From positions 1-53,359 of the forward strand of contig NW_021833897.1 in assembly GCF_006345805.1 (NCBI RefSeq): a DNA stretch of 53,359 bases, read 5' to 3'. The DNA comes from Octopus sinensis (taxonomy: Eukaryota). The position numbers and the translations under genes were made by a program. The notes beneath the pieces were generated by a model. The model was not told the DNA's origin, ran no database searches, and worked only from the letters and a program-made list of their open reading frames with translations. Below, piece by piece: positions 22,515 through 37,198 of this stretch. The stretch's first letter is position 1. The number at the start of each line of letters is the position of its first letter.

Positions 22515-22700
22515 ACAGAGGGTGCGTCGGACTTTTGAGGATATCTCTTTCATGAACTCTAATTTTATGCTACCTTTTCATTTTTACCTGACTTTTCAGA
22601 TTGCCTTAAAAGTGCATCCCTAGTGATACAGAAATAGTTAACTTCCTGAAAGCTGCTCGATCTTTCGTTGTCAAAGTTCGAAAAGAGCTTAGCATCCTCC
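22515..22700 (+). mobile_element. Tc1/mariner-superfamily transposase N-terminal fossil
   Basis: 22619-22690 translates SDTEIVNFLKAARSFVVKVRKEL, a helix-turn-helix-like segment. Confidence 0.4.
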
Positions 22701-23104
22701 AAACGTGTCTTACATTTTTAGTTTAAAATGATTTGAAAAGAGTTTAGCTGATATTTCTAGAAGACCAACCGACCGCATGAGAGGTTACAGTAACGTTACT
22801 GTTGGCTTATGGTGACCGTACGGCTATTGCATAGCCATAAGGAAATCGCCTTAACTCAGTTGTTAGAGCGTAAAACGTTAGTTTTTGACACAAGCATTGT
22901 TTCTTCGTATCTCCACCTCTCACAGATCTTACGCTGACAGTTAAACAAATACGAAACCTGGACATCGATATACAGTGTCACTTGTGAGGATATGAACCCA
23001 CAACATTTGATCCAAGAACCGGAACTTTATCGTTTTATATACGTCGTCAAATATATATCGGACGCCATTATCTTTTTTTTTCCTTCCACTTCCGGTCACT
23101 TCAG

Positions 23105-23897
<793 letters not shown>

Positions 23898-23989
23898 ACA
23901 CACACTTTCCTGCCAGTTTCTCAAATAACGGCTTTAATCAGTTTCTTCATACTCCCACACAAGAATAACAGACCAGACGCCGCCATGAA

Positions 23990-24002
23990 CATCATCATCA
24001 TC

Positions 24003-24046
<44 letters not shown>

Positions 24047-24216
24047 TCATCATCATCATCATCGTCATCATCATCGTCGTCGTCATCATCATCATCATCT
24101 TCATCATCATCATCATCGTCATTGTCATCATCATCATCATCATCATCATCATCTCATCATCATCATCATCATCGTCGTCATCGTCATCATCATCATCATC
24201 ATCATCATCGTCATCG

Positions 24217-24249
<33 letters not shown>

Positions 24250-24392
24250 CCATCACGGCGATGACAAACATCATCATCACCAGCAACTGTGACAACCGTA
24301 ATACAGTCACGACTCGTATATCACTACCAAAAATAGCACTGACCACCACCACCAACAACAACAGCAAGATCAACAACAACAACAACAACAAT
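23990..24392. repeat. (CAT)n grading into (CAA)n
   Basis: Direct reading. Confidence 0.9.
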
Positions 24393-24729
24393 ACACCAAT
24401 ACCATTGTCTGAAGATTAAGAAAACCTTTGGCGATATCAAACAACGGATTGTTTCTCCTATCAGACAGTCTGCCATTATTTACCAAAGAGGAAACAATAC
24501 TTTATTCTACGACAAATCTGATATGCGATAAAAGGCAGTGCTGAGTGAAAGATAACTTCTTTGCCCGGTCCCGTACAGGGGTGAGATATCTTTGAAACTC
24601 TTAACAAAGCGAATGAATTGACTAAACCTCTACAGTAACAGGCATGATGCTTTGCAATATCTAGCTTGACCGACCCATTTCTGCCTTTAAATAGCCCTCA
24701 GTCACTTGCTGTTATTTTAAGTTCTAGGT

Positions 24730-25075
24730 CAAAGGTTTTCGACCATTTTAGAATCTGTGGTCACCTTTGATTACTATTTTATTCTGGTAGACTTCTATCG
24801 TCACTCGATGTTTAAAATTTTTATAGAAACTTCTTCCAAAATTCTTGTTTTGTCTTTCACACATTAACTTGTATAGGTTGAACTATGTAAAATGTTAGAG
24901 AAAGAAACTCAGCTGTTTCTTGAAATATATATGAATACATACATCTAAAGCAAAATATTTTCAGGAGCCTTTAAAATACTATTTTGAATCTCTGATTTAC
25001 TATTTTGTTGCGTGGACTCCCAAAAATCTTATATTGACCATGAAGGGCTAAATGGACCCCGGTTGAGAACCGTTG
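24730..25075. mobile_element. hAT (Charlie-like) MITE
   Basis: Ends CAAAGGTTTTCGACC / GGTTGAGAACCGTTG; perfect 8-bp TSD TTCTAGGT at 24722-24729 and 25076-25083. Confidence 0.8.
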
Positions 25076-25632
25076 TTCTAGGTCATCGCTGATCGAACCC
25101 CAAAGATGTCCCACCTAAGACCACCCCGTATATTTATATATCAGAGATTATCCAGTCAAATGTACTTTTCTAGTTTTAAGATGTTAGAGTGGGATTTGAA
25201 AGAGATATGGTTGCTATTTCTAGCAAAGTGAACGACATTATTGGCATGTCCTTTCGAAGTCGATAAACTTAGGGAATCGGCTTCAACTGTGAACTGAAAT
25301 CGTGATACTGTTATTGCAGTTGTTTAACTCGAAGCGAACCTTGGTCGAGCAGACATCCTAACCTTGAATATGCCATCGTTCTGCATAAAAGGACTACATT
25401 TTACAATGTGTTCTTCCTTTTTTAAGACACTAGACTGTAATTTCAAGGAGATTTGGTTGGGATCTGGCAAATCGTGAAGAGCAACTACGTAGACATTCCC
25501 ATGTTGGCTACCTCATGATTTCATGAGGTAGAGTTGAGAGGTTGGTAGTTTATATATGTTTCTTCAAATCCTACCCAACAATTACAATATTATTCTGCTT
25601 GTCACTTCATGTGTTCAAGTGTTTCACTTTAA

Positions 25633-25850
25633 CCCTTCAGCATTCAGATTACTTTGTCAAATGTAATGCTTATTTATTCACATTGTTTTGAATTAATCAT
25701 GCGTTATCTCGTAGTTTCGAGATTTCGATAACGTGATTGGTTATTTTTAGAATGGCATTGCTGGGTAGGTGTGAGAGGCCAGATCAGGTTGTTTGAATAT
25801 TTAACAGGTGGAATATTTGGATCGGATTTAGCCGGTTTAAATGTTATAAG
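25633..25850. mobile_element. Possible piggyBac-like MITE, right end decayed
   Basis: Starts TTAA|CCCTTCAGCATT; only partial matching right TIR. Confidence 0.35.
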
Positions 25851-26363
25851 TATGGAATGAAATCGAAAAACACGATATCTTAACAGAATCAAACAAATCT
25901 GAAGGTTACACTTTCAATAATTGAGCACGAAAAAAAAAAAAAACCCCACAGACATAATCGAAAACACTAACAATTGAAGATCTATAAATAAAGGATAAAT
26001 TTATACATCTTTATAATAATTGACCTCGTCGTGATTTGAATTCAGCGCCCAGAGAACCGGGACGAAAAGCACAAGACATTCTACTCGACGTTCTGACGAC
26101 TCTACTACTATTCTTGTTGGACGGCGGAATCGGTAGGGCATAAGTGAAGTATCTTGCAGTATCTTACTTAGATATTTCCCGTTCTGAGTTCAAATTATGC
26201 CGCGAACGAGTTTCATGAACTGAGATTTGCTGTCGAATGTTTCTCCCAGACCCAAACAGAAGCCAATAAAGCTGATCATTCGATTATGCATACATCTGAT
26301 CACAGAAAGGTAAAGCAACTGTTTCTATTAATGGTGTACAACTTGAAATTCAATAATTAGTGT

Positions 26364-26661
26364 TGTTGTTTGTTCCTTCTCGAGTCATGCCTGGCTCATA
26401 AGGGTCGGTTTCCCGGTTTCCTTGGCGTATAGGTTCCCCACCTGGACGGGACTCCGGTCCGTCACAGGTGAGCTGCAAGAGGAAAGAATGAGAGAAAGTT
26501 GTGGCGAAAGAGTCAGCAGAAGTTCGCTATTACTTTCTACCGGAGCCGCGCGGAGCTTAGGTGTTTCACTCATAAATACACACATCGCCCGGTCTGAGAT
26601 TCGAATCCGCGATCCCTCAACTACGTGTCCGCTGTTCTAACCACTAGGCCATGTACCTCCA
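26364..26661 (-). mobile_element. SINE with family C head and body but a different 3' tail
   Basis: 13-bp TSD CAATAATTAGTGT at 26351-26363 and 26662-26674; (AAC)n tail. Confidence 0.8.
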
Positions 26662-26734
26662 CAATAATTAGTGTACATAGCTATTTATCATATCCATTGT
26701 AAATATTTATTGTATATTTTTATTATTATGAGCA

Positions 26735-27235
26735 TTGAGCTGCTAGAAGCGTTAGCGAGTCGAACAAAAATATTTTGCGGCATTTCTTTACGTTCTGCGT
26801 TCAAATTTTGCCGAAATTCGACTTTGATTTTCATCTTTTCGATGTTGATAAAATAGGTATTTGTTGAGCACTGGGATCGATGTATTCGACTTACCCCAAT
26901 CCCTTAAACTTGTTAGCTTTGTGTCAAATTTTGAACTCATTATTAAGAACAACGAATGACGGTAAACGCTTGAAAACCACATAACATGGAATTTAAGGCA
27001 ACGAAGTGGCAGGGTCGCTAGAGTGTCAGATAAAGTGTTTGTAGTATCTGTTCAGGCTATTTGCGCTACGAGTTCAAATTCCGCCGAGGTTACCTTTCTC
27101 TTTCATCTTTTCGGGATCGATAAATCAAGTACCACTTCAAAGTGGTGGATTGGCGGAATTATTATAACGTCGGAATGATTATAAACTGCTTTGCAGTTTG
27201 TTTCAGCTCTTTGCGTTATGAGTTCAATTCCCGTT
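26735..27235 (+). mobile_element. Cluster of decayed SINE B2 copies
   Basis: Repeated GTTCAAATT and TTTCATCTTTTCG..GATAAA motifs. Confidence 0.6.
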
Positions 27236-27494
27236 TACAGATTCCAATCCCACCGATGGTTAGGGCTAGTCACCTTATCGCAAAGTCACAATTGATTATC
27301 AAAGGGTTGCAGACGTTCGTTATAGTAGCCGGACGATTGCGTTGATAACGATGACGTGGACGACGACAATAATTGAAAATTTCAGTTTGCCGTTGTGCAT
27401 TTCACGCTTAAACACTGCTCAAGTTGACATTGTCTTTCTTCCTACATGATCGATTAGAGCTATGACCAGAGACGTTCTAGCTATTACTATCTTA

Positions 27495-28118
27495 TTATTT
27501 ATTTTTTCTCTCCTTGCTTTTTTCCCCTCCTTTTTCTCTCTCCTCTTTTTTCTCTCCTTGTTTCTCTCCTTCTTTTTTTCTGTGTATCTTTCTGTCGAAG
27601 AGCGTAGGCTCGAAACGTAAAAGACTTTTTCTTTTTCTATTCCTGAGTGCTATACTAATACATTTGTGGAGGCGCAATGGCCCTGTGGTTAGGGTAGCGG
27701 ACTCGCGGTCATAGGATCGCGGTTTCGATTCCCAGACCGGGCGTTGTGAGTGCTTATTGAGCGAAAACACCTACAGCTCCACGAGGCTCCGGCAGGGGAT
27801 GGTGGTGATCCCTGCTGTACTCTTTCACCACAACTTTCTCTCACTCTTACTTCCTGTTTCTGTTGTACCTGTATTTCAAAGGGCCGGCCTTGTCACTCTC
27901 TGTGTCATGTTGAATATCCCCGAGAACTACGTTAAGGGTACACGTGTCTGTGGAGTGCTCAGCCACTTACACGTTAATTTCACGAGCAGGCTGTTCCGTT
28001 GATTCGGATCAACCGGAACCCTCGTCGTCGTAACCGACGGAGTGCTTCCACTAATACATTTGTTTGTTTGTACTCCACCTGCCTTCGTCTTTTGTTTATT
28101 TTCGTAAACTTTCCCGTT
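27495..28118 (+). mobile_element. Family D2 repeat (HHR motif 27587-27624) split by a SINE C
   Basis: The two halves match 12745-12940 once 27668-28063 is removed. Confidence 0.75.
27668..28049 (+). mobile_element. SINE family C
   Basis: 14-bp TSD ACTAATACATTTGT at 27654-27667 and 28050-28063. Confidence 0.9.
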
Positions 28119-28608
28119 ATTTATTTTAAGGCCGTTTATCTCAGACTGCATTATCCAATGCACCCCAACACTCCACTTTAAAAAAATTGCATGATGTGAT
28201 TTAAAGATAATTTGGCTGCTATTTTTAGTGGGTCAAATGACCGCATAGAGACTCAGTCATTCGCTCGAGTGGTATGGAATGTGGTTTGAAGACGACTCCG
28301 GGTAATGCAAGTGTTGGCGTATTGACTGGCTTACGCAAAAGTATTTTAATTGAAGCATTCTTGGTTGGAGAAAGAAAATAAGAACCAAGCAGCAATCGTT
28401 GCTCACAAAGGGAAGCGGAGATTAATTTCAAGAAATTAGAACTTAGTAAAATTCTTTGATTCTGATGTTTGTGAGTAAATCTCATCTTTGTTAGCGAGAA
28501 CGATTAAAACAATAGGCATATTTTGTGCTTACTGGGCAGTTAGCGCAGTAAAAGTCAGCCGTTTGATCTGTGGATAAGGGTTTACACACACACACACACA
28601 CACACAGA

Positions 28609-28733
28609 GGCGCAGGCGTGACTGTGTGGTAAGCTTGCTTCCCAACCACATGGTTCCGGGTTCAGTCCCACTGCGTGGCCCGACCAAAGCCTCGAGAGTG
28701 GATTAGGTAGACGGAAACTGAAAGAAGCCCGTC

Positions 28734-28818
<85 letters not shown>

Positions 28819-29029
28819 ATGTTTGTGTGTCTGTGTTTGTCATCCCACCGTCATTTGATAACCGATGTTGGTGTGTTTAGTTCCCATCATTTAGCGGTTC
28901 GGCAAAGGAGGCCGTTAGAATATGTACTAGGTTTACAAAGAATAAGTCCTGGAGCCGATTTCTTCGACTAAAGGCGGTGCTCCAGCATGACCTCAGTCAA
29001 ATGACTGAGACAGGTAAAAGAATAAAAGA
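28609..29029 (+). mobile_element. SINE family A (internal deletion)
   Basis: Homology; followed by (CATA)n to ~29430. Confidence 0.8.
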
Positions 29030-29094
29030 ACACACACATACATACATACATACATACATCTATCCATACATACATACAAACCTACATACATACA

Positions 29095-29128
<34 letters not shown>

Positions 29129-29463
29129 CATATATACGTACATACTACATACATAGATAGATAGATACATACATACATACATACATACATACATCCATAC
29201 ATACATCCATCCATACATACATACAAACCTACATACATACATACATCCATCCATACATACATACATACGTAGATACATACTTACATACATACATTCAAAC
29301 ATACATACATACATACATACATACATACATACATACATACATACATACATACATACTACATACATACATGCATACATACATACATACACACATACATCCA
29401 TACATCCATCCATACATACATACATACACGCGCGCGCGCACACACCTATATATATATGTGCGT

Positions 29464-29508
<45 letters not shown>

Positions 29509-29814
29509 TGTGTGTGTATGCATGTATGTATATATATATAAAGAGGTTACTAAGATTTTTGACCGGAAGCTATTTCCTTAATATTCGCCATAACTAAAAT
29601 CAGCCAATGGCATGGATTAAAATGAATCCAGTTAGCGTCGGTGTACTTAATGACGTCAGTGAAAAACTGTTAATGATCTGCACGGAAAACAACAGTCAAG
29701 TAAGTGCTATCATAATTAATATAGCGAAGGAAAAGGCAATTAATTAATTAGTAATAATTAGGCGGTGTGGATACTTTCAACATTTAATAGTGTAGATTAT
29801 TACATCTGACTGGA

Positions 29815-30700
29815 TGTGACGATCTGGCAGAGTCGGTAGCGCACCGGGCAAACTGTTCAGAGACATTTGCCGGGTTCTTTTTTTTATGCCTTCTGGGTTC
29901 AAATGCCGCTGAAGTCGACATTATCTTTCAGTGTCGATAAAATAAGTACCAGTTAAGTACTGGGGCCGATGAAATCGACTGATTCCTTCCCACATATTTT
30001 AGGCCTTGTGCCAATAATAAAACAGATTCTTATATATCAATGGAGTTATGGTAAAGTGCAAAAAGCTCTATTCGAGTTGTGAATTCGCAGAGTCGTTAGA
30101 GCATCGGAAAAATACCGTGGGGGTAATTGTTCTATATTTTCTGGTTTGAAATCCAATCCGGGTCAATCTTGCCTTTCATTCTTTTGGGGGTGGATAAAAT
30201 AAGATATTAGTCAGATATTAGAGTTGATGTTATCGACTAACCCTCTCGCTCGAAACTGCTGGCCTGGATAAAATGGTCGATGAGCTGGCAGATCGTTAAG
30301 GCATAGGACAAAGTGCTCCGAGGATTTTGTTTTGCTGACTCTGTGTTCTGAGATCAAATCCTGCCGAGGTCAGCTTCGACTTTTATCCCTTCGGGGTCGA
30401 CAAAATAAGTACCATTCAAGTAAACGGAGTCGATGCTATCAACTAACCCCTTCTCATCAAAATTACTGGTATTTTGTCCAGATTAGAAGCAATTATTATT
30501 ATTATTGTTACTAAGGCAGTTGCTAGAATCGTTAACCATCCGAATAAAAACTCTTAACAGCATTTCTTCTGAGTTCAGAATTCAAATTCTGCCTAGGTCG
30601 ACATTACTTTTCATCCTTTTGGACGCTGAGGTCGATCTAATCGACTAACCCCTCCACCGAAATTTCAGGCGTTGTGCCCATAGTAAAAAGGATTATTATT
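29815..30700 (+). mobile_element. About four co-oriented decayed SINE B2 copies
   Basis: Repeated head, B box, core and GGCCTTGTGCC tail motifs. Confidence 0.65.
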
Positions 30701-31572
30701 TATCGGGATTAAAAAAAGGTTAGAAAACTAATAGAAATTAGTTCATTACTTTCTAATGTGTAAGTTTGATAAAATATAATTTGAACAAATTTTAAAAGGT
30801 ACTTGTTAATTCTTAGGTTTTCTTGTGATTTCTTAAAGCACCCGGCCTCTTACCAACACCGTATATCAATACAGTAATACCTTTAATTTGATATTTGGCA
30901 AATACAGAGAAGGATAAGTATAGATGAGGAGATCTAATAAGAGCAAAACATGTCTGGTGTTGTCATTCATTCGTACTTGCCATGATCAGATGAAAACAAT
31001 ATCCTTAAGCTAATGTTTTTCGTCTTTACTATTGATATACTTAAATACTTTTTCTCGCACTGCATTCATTACAATAGCTCTAATTCAACTAGAATGAGAT
31101 TCAGTAACGCCAGACGATAAGAAATGGCACAGAGCCTGAAGTAAGAAGTGAAGTGAAACATCATTTTCTGAAGTGTTTAACTTACCTCTTGTTGAAGGAC
31201 GTTTCCCTCTGAATTTAAATAAAATATTTAACGTTTCCTTTTAACCATCTGGTTCTTATGTAATATTATACTATGATGTTAATTGCTAACAGTATCCTAT
31301 ACCATTAGTAACTACTACTTGTCAAGACAACGAGGGAGGTCTCGATTTGATTGCTCAATATGACCGAAATAGTTGCAAAATTTGTATCATGTCATCGTAG
31401 TCTCTTTAAAAAAATGTAGGATACATTAGATAATGTTGTCTTGAAAATATTATGTTTGAAAAAATAAAATAAAATAATAAAAAAAAAGAAGACGAGATGG
31501 TTATTGTTGGAACGTCTTCATTTGTAGTTCTGTTGGACCTGAGTCTAAAACAACAGCAGCAGCGAAGGCAGT

Positions 31573-31605
<33 letters not shown>

Positions 31606-31679
31606 GTTAATTTGCTCGAAAAAATATTTTGGTAGGGTTGCAAATTATATAGCAAACCTCATATAGTCGTTTAGGAAGA

Positions 31680-31742
31680 TATGTATGTATGTATGTATGT
31701 ATCTATCTATCTATCTATGTATGTAGTATGTACGTATATATG

Positions 31743-31776
<34 letters not shown>

Positions 31777-31817
31777 TGTATGTATGTATGTATGGATGTA
31801 TGTATGGATGTATGTAT

Positions 31818-31867
<50 letters not shown>

Positions 31868-31940
31868 ATGTATGTATGTATGTATGTATGTATGTGTGTA
31901 TGTATGTATGTGTGTATGTATGTATGTATGTATGTAGGTA

Positions 31941-31971
<31 letters not shown>

Positions 31972-32243
31972 GTGTGTGTGCGTATGTATGTATGTGTGTG
32001 TGTGTGCGTATGTATGTATGTGTGTGTGTGTGCGTATGTGTATGTATGTATGTATGTAAGTATGTATGTATGTATGTATGTATGTATGTATGTACGTACG
32101 TACGTACGTATGTATGTATGTATGTATGTATGTATGTACGTATGTATGTGTGTATGTATGTATGTATGTATGTATGTATGTATGTATGTATGTATGTATG
32201 TATGCGTATATGTATGTATGTATGTATGTGTGTGTGTGTATGT
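31680..32243. repeat. (TATG)n/(TG)n microsatellite
   Basis: Direct reading. Confidence 0.95.
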
Positions 32244-32711
32244 TTGATCTCTTTCTCTTTTTAATTTAGAATAAAGTTTGACTAACCACCTGCTTGGTAG
32301 CAAGACTGTGAAGGAAAGCATCTTGCTTTGTTTTTCATCCTTTAAATCTTAAGATCTTGCAGATTTTCATAGTCCTTGATATCGTGATCTTTGAAGTGTA
32401 TGAATTAAGGATTTGCATCATCTCTCCAAGAACCCAAGTTCAGCCATACTTGGCTCCAGAACGGGTTGGTATGTATCCTATTACCCCAATAATAATAGGT
32501 GTGAAGGTGAAAATGTATCTGGATTTGCAAACTCCTTATCAATGGTCCATATATGTCTTCTTTCTCTTGAATTTTTCTAACCATATTGGTGTCCAGAGGG
32601 CAACTGATTTCCACATGAGAACATATATTTTCCTTGTGGTCCCACACAACAATATCTGGCCAGTTGTGTTTTAACCTCGTGGCTGTTTAAATTTTTAAGT
32701 TCCACCAATAT

Positions 32712-33201
32712 GTAATGATATGCATAAGATCTGGTCATCAAATCTAAGTAGAGACTTCAAACTTGAAATCTTCAAAGCCACAGTCGAACCAATTCTACTA
32801 TATGGCTCAGAAACCTGGACGTTATCAAAGAAGCTTGAGAGGCGGTTGGATGGAACCTACACTCGCCTCCTTATGAGAGCTCAAAATCTCTCGTGGAAGC
32901 GCCATCCAACCAAAATGCAAATATATGGGAAACTACCACCTGTGTCATCTCTTGTGAAGGGTAGGAGAGTCCAGTTTGCTGGACATTGTTGTAGAGCTGA
33001 AAAAGAGGTAATTTCTCCACTTCTCCTCTGGAAGCCATCTACTCGCAATACCAGAGGGCGCACACTCTCCTACCCTGATGTAATCTCCAGGGATACAGGC
33101 ATCCAGCAACAGGACCTCCGTAATGTCATGATGGACCGTGAAGTCTGGGGTAGCATGGTAAATTCCATTGTCTCGACCACGGTCGAACAATGATGATGAT
33201 G
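32712..33201 (+). mobile_element. RTE-clade LINE, 5'-truncated, with open C-terminal ORF (32720-33193)
   Basis: IWSSNLS..FK..IFKATVEPILLYGSETWT..QFAGHC motifs; (TGA)n tail; 5-bp TSD AATAT. Confidence 0.9.
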
Positions 33202-33435
33202 AATATTCTTTTAACCAATCAGTCTCAATATAGTCAACTTCGTTTGTAGGTGCCTTCTTTTTTTTTTTATACTGATCCAGATTGTTCTGGCTTCTGCATC
33301 ATACATCATAGGAAGACAATATCTGGAAAACATTTCTCCGCAGTGTACAATAATGTGGTTGATGTCTTCAGTCTTAGTCTTGCATAGCCTACATTTGCTG
33401 TATGTCAATATTTTCTGTCTTTTATGCTGTAATGT

Positions 33436-33824
33436 GGAGGCGCAATGGCCCAGTGGTTAGGGCAGCGGACTCGCGGTCATAGGATCGCGGTTTCGATTCC
33501 CAGACCGGGCGTTGTGAGGGTTTATTGAGCGAAAACACCTAAAAAGCTCCACGAGGCTCCGGCAGGGGATGGTGGTGATCCCTGCTGCACTCTTTCACCA
33601 CAAAACTTCTCTCACTCTTACTTCCTGTTTCTGTTGTACCTGTATTTCAAAGGGCCGGCCTTGTCACTCTCTGTGTCACGCTGATATCCCCGAGAACTAC
33701 GTTAAGGGTGCACGTGTCTGTGGAGTGCTCAGCCACTTACACGTTAATTTCACGAGCAGGCTGTTCCGTTGATTCGGATCAACCGGAACCCTCATCGTCG
33801 TAACCGATGGAGTGCTTCCATCCA
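33436..33824 (+). mobile_element. SINE family C
   Basis: TSD TTATGCTGTAA at 33422-33432 and 33825-33835; (TCCA)n tail. Confidence 0.9.
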
Positions 33825-34169
33825 TTATGCTGTAAGTATTTGGTGGGGATCTCTTATTCTTGAATAAGGTAACCTTCGAAGTGGGATGTCATAAACTTGT
33901 CGGTCCTCCATGCCAAGTATTTTGACATGATCAGTCCCTTCTATGGATTGTGTTTTTCGTGTCAAGCACCTATGTACTATCTTCTTAGTGACTCGGTCCA
34001 TTCTTAATTTTACTCTGGTAAGTAGATTTTACTGATGCTCCTTGGGGAGAAATCTGTATCATCTTTTATTTTATACGTCTCTTCTTTCGTTAGATGTTCA
34101 TTAGATGTCTCAATTATGTTGTTGATTTTATGGTCACAGAATAGGGCAAGATAGTAACTGGCCTCTTTT

Positions 34170-34330
34170 CTCTGTTGCAGCCAATTTGGGGGAAGAGATG
34201 TGTCGATAGATACATCGACCCCCCACCACCACTGTTCAACTGGTACTTAATTTTTTGATCCTGAAAGGATGAAAGGCAAAGTCGACCTCGGCGGAATTTG
34301 AATTCAGAACGTAGGGGCAGACGAAATACG
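34170..34330 (-). mobile_element. SINE B2 fragment
   Basis: Homology. Confidence 0.75.
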
Positions 34331-34729
34331 TGTTTCATATGACATCAGTACAGATTTGAGACCACAACCACCGTCGTTGTGTAGAAAGTACAGCCTGTCT
34401 ACATCCCTCTCATTGAGTTCTTGTAGTGACAAGTTCAGAAGGCCAAACGTAGGCGTTAGGACAGACACTGCAAATGTGTTGTGGTCAATATGTACATTGT
34501 AATCTGTAATCTGAGAGTTCTGATGACCTTACTCTCTTTACTCTTCTGAGGTATTCATTCCTTGCCCTCTCCATATCTGACATTTTTAATTCTATAATTG
34601 TCATCTGACTATAGATGTTGTATCGTTAAGCGTTCATTTTTGGTCTTTCAGAGGAGGGCACAACTTTTTCTACCTTCATGTGTGTATGTATGTATACATA
34701 TACATAGACATACATACATAATATAATAT

Positions 34730-34807
<78 letters not shown>

Positions 34808-34904
34808 GACCAACGAGACCATTGTTCACAAAATGATGCTATAATTTGATAAGTATCCCTTGCTGACACAAATAATAATAATACACATATGTATGTGTGT
34901 GACG

Positions 34905-34936
<32 letters not shown>

Positions 34937-35572
34937 ACTTCCGTGATGTTTTTATCCACCAATTTAATTTGACTCATAAAGTCGACATTGTTCACCCAAG
35001 ACTATGATATATAAAATACGTGCCTAAGCGCCGCGCTGTAGAATCGAACTTGGAACCAGGAGGTTGCAAAGTGAACTATTTAATCGCATAACCATATCAA
35101 AAAAGTCATTGTTCGAAATTCAATCTTAAGAAATAATTACTAACAAAAAATTTAACATAAAAATCTGTTATTATTTTTGAATTAAGCGCAAGACAACAAA
35201 ATTAGGCGAAGGCAGAAGAGCAGTTTAGAGTCAGAACAGAAATGAGCGTAACAAGTCGATGTAGTACACGTTCGGCATTGTACCACTAATTTCTGCTATC
35301 CATTGCGATTTCAGAAATATGTAATACATGTGCACTGAAAACAACAAAAAGCAAAAAACACTGTAAACTTCTTTAGCGTTTAATACTTTGAAGAGAAAAT
35401 ACAGTTGGCTTTCAAAGAACACATGTGACCTGTTTCATTCTGGGTGTTCACGAGACGATTTGAAAGCATCTTAAATATTTCTAACAGTTTTAAAATGAAA
35501 CCCTTCTATGTATGGTGCATAACATTGTTTTTAAAATATGTATCTTCGCTGTAACTATAAATACATACATAC

Positions 35573-35617
<45 letters not shown>

Positions 35618-35997
35618 TAAAATTAAAAGTTTCAATCAACACTAGTTACCAACCTTCACTTAAACATTCTACGCTAGCTTTTAACTCCCCAGTTATGAAA
35701 GGGGGAAAAAAAATCAACTATCAGGCCCCCAATTTTTAACCTACTTCCACTGTGATAGACAGAAGGGCAAAGTGTCGACATCTGTTGTCTAGTCGAAAAC
35801 AATGACAAGTCTTAGTGATATTTTATTCAGTGACATTTTTCAGAACACTCGTCCTTCTGCTACCCTATAAATCAAAGATTTTGTGTCAGACATAAGAACT
35901 TATTAGTGAGTGATATTATGGGAGCTGACACCTCTCACCCGCAAAGTCTGTCTGTCTGTCTATGTCGGTCTTATTTGTTTTCTAGCGCTGAAACTAT

Positions 35998-36407
35998 TAC
36001 TCTTTTACTCTTTTACTTGTTTCAGTCATTTGACTGCGGCCATGCTGGAACACCGTCTTTAATCGAGCAACTCGACCCTGGGACTTATTCTTTTGTAAGC
36101 CCAGTACTTATGCTATCGGTCGCTTTTGCCGAACCGCTAAGTAACGGCGACATAAACACACCAGCATCGGTTGTCAAGCAATGCTAGGGGGACAAACACA
36201 GACACACAAACACACACGCATATAATATATATATACATATATACGACAGGCTTCTTTCAGTTTCCGTCTACCAAATCCACTCACAAGGCTTTGGTCGGCC
36301 CGAGGCCATAGTAGAAGACAGTTGCCCAAGGTGCCACGCAGTGGGACTGAATCCGGAACCATGTGATTGGTAAACAAGCTACTTACCACACAGCCACTCC
36401 TGCGCCT
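35998..36407 (-). mobile_element. SINE family A
   Basis: Full-length homology. Confidence 0.9.
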
Positions 36408-36559
36408 ATACTTGTTGTTTTTAATTATTCTTCCCATATGAAGATCAACGGCAGTTTAGAAATTCTGAAGAGGGGGGAAAAATAAACAGACGTTGTTGTC
36501 AAGAATAGCAGTTCCAAAAACCATACATTCGGTGATACAACAGTGAGAACACGTGTAAA

Positions 36560-36697
36560 ATATTGCTTCAAATTTTGGCACAAAGCCAGCAATTTCAGGG
36601 GAGGGGTAAGTCGATTACATCGACCTCCCAACCGAGCTCAACTGGTACTTATTTTATCAACCCCGAAAGGATGAAAGGCAAAGTTGACCTTGGCGAC
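36560..36697 (-). mobile_element. SINE B2 3' fragment
   Basis: Homology. Confidence 0.75.
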
Positions 36698-36804
36698 AGT
36701 AGTAAAATATTGGGGGTCTCTTTTTATGAGATATAAGTTATTGGCTGATCGAATCTGTTTTGAGCTCAGTTTCAAACATTTGTGATAGCAATTTACTGGT
36801 GTAA

Positions 36805-37198
36805 TCTTTATATATAAAAGTGAGGTTGTGTGCTGTCTGTCTCCTACGATTTAGATTCCTAACTACTCCCACATTTTGTGGTGCAGTTTAACCAAAACCG
36901 GGTATCTTATAGTCGTGATTCATATCGAGCCCTTCTGGGTATTAGCGCGCGTCTACGATGAGTGTACGATTTAAAAAAAATTACCATTAATTTTCCCCAT
37001 TTTTAATGCATTTTTGGTATATATAAGGGAAGTAACTCTCTAAAAATTTATTGTTAAATCTCAGAACATAAAAAGCTACAGTAACCCCCCCCCTTTGTGG
37101 TTAGCCATATTGAGATGGCTATTATACTTTACATCTCTAAAAATGCTTATATAGTTATTTCCCTTACAAACCCGAGCAACGCCGAGTGATACTGCTAG
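36805..37198 (+). mobile_element. Non-autonomous Helitron
   Basis: A|TC...CTAG|T; subterminal hairpin; homologous to 14596-15001. Confidence 0.85.

Larger units (their letters stand above)
32290..34680 (-). mobile_element. R4/Dong-like restriction-endonuclease (RLE) LINE fossil, 3' part
   Basis: Minus-strand motifs in order: HNTFAVSVLTPTFG, DVDRLY...GGCGL, EGY.IQE*EIPTKY, CRLCK..EDINHII.HC (CCHC), KEYWWN, KHNWPDIVVWD..ICSHVEISCPLD (PD-(D/E)xK). Confidence 0.8.

Noticed and set aside
22786-22803. 16-bp perfect palindrome ACAGTAACGTTACTGT
   Set aside because: Isolated, beside a decayed repeat, with no supporting context.
22930-23045. Possible GIY-YIG C-terminal remnant upstream of the D1 repeat
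   Set aside because: Only a few residues resemble the motif; cannot be supported by eye.
31681-32321. MYVC/HTYI ORFs here and at ~7700, 15400, 29000, 39400 and 43000
   Set aside because: Microsatellite translations.
32340-33201. Twin-priming 5' inversion of the RTE element
   Set aside because: The minus-strand part encodes an RLE endonuclease of a different LINE into which the RTE inserted.
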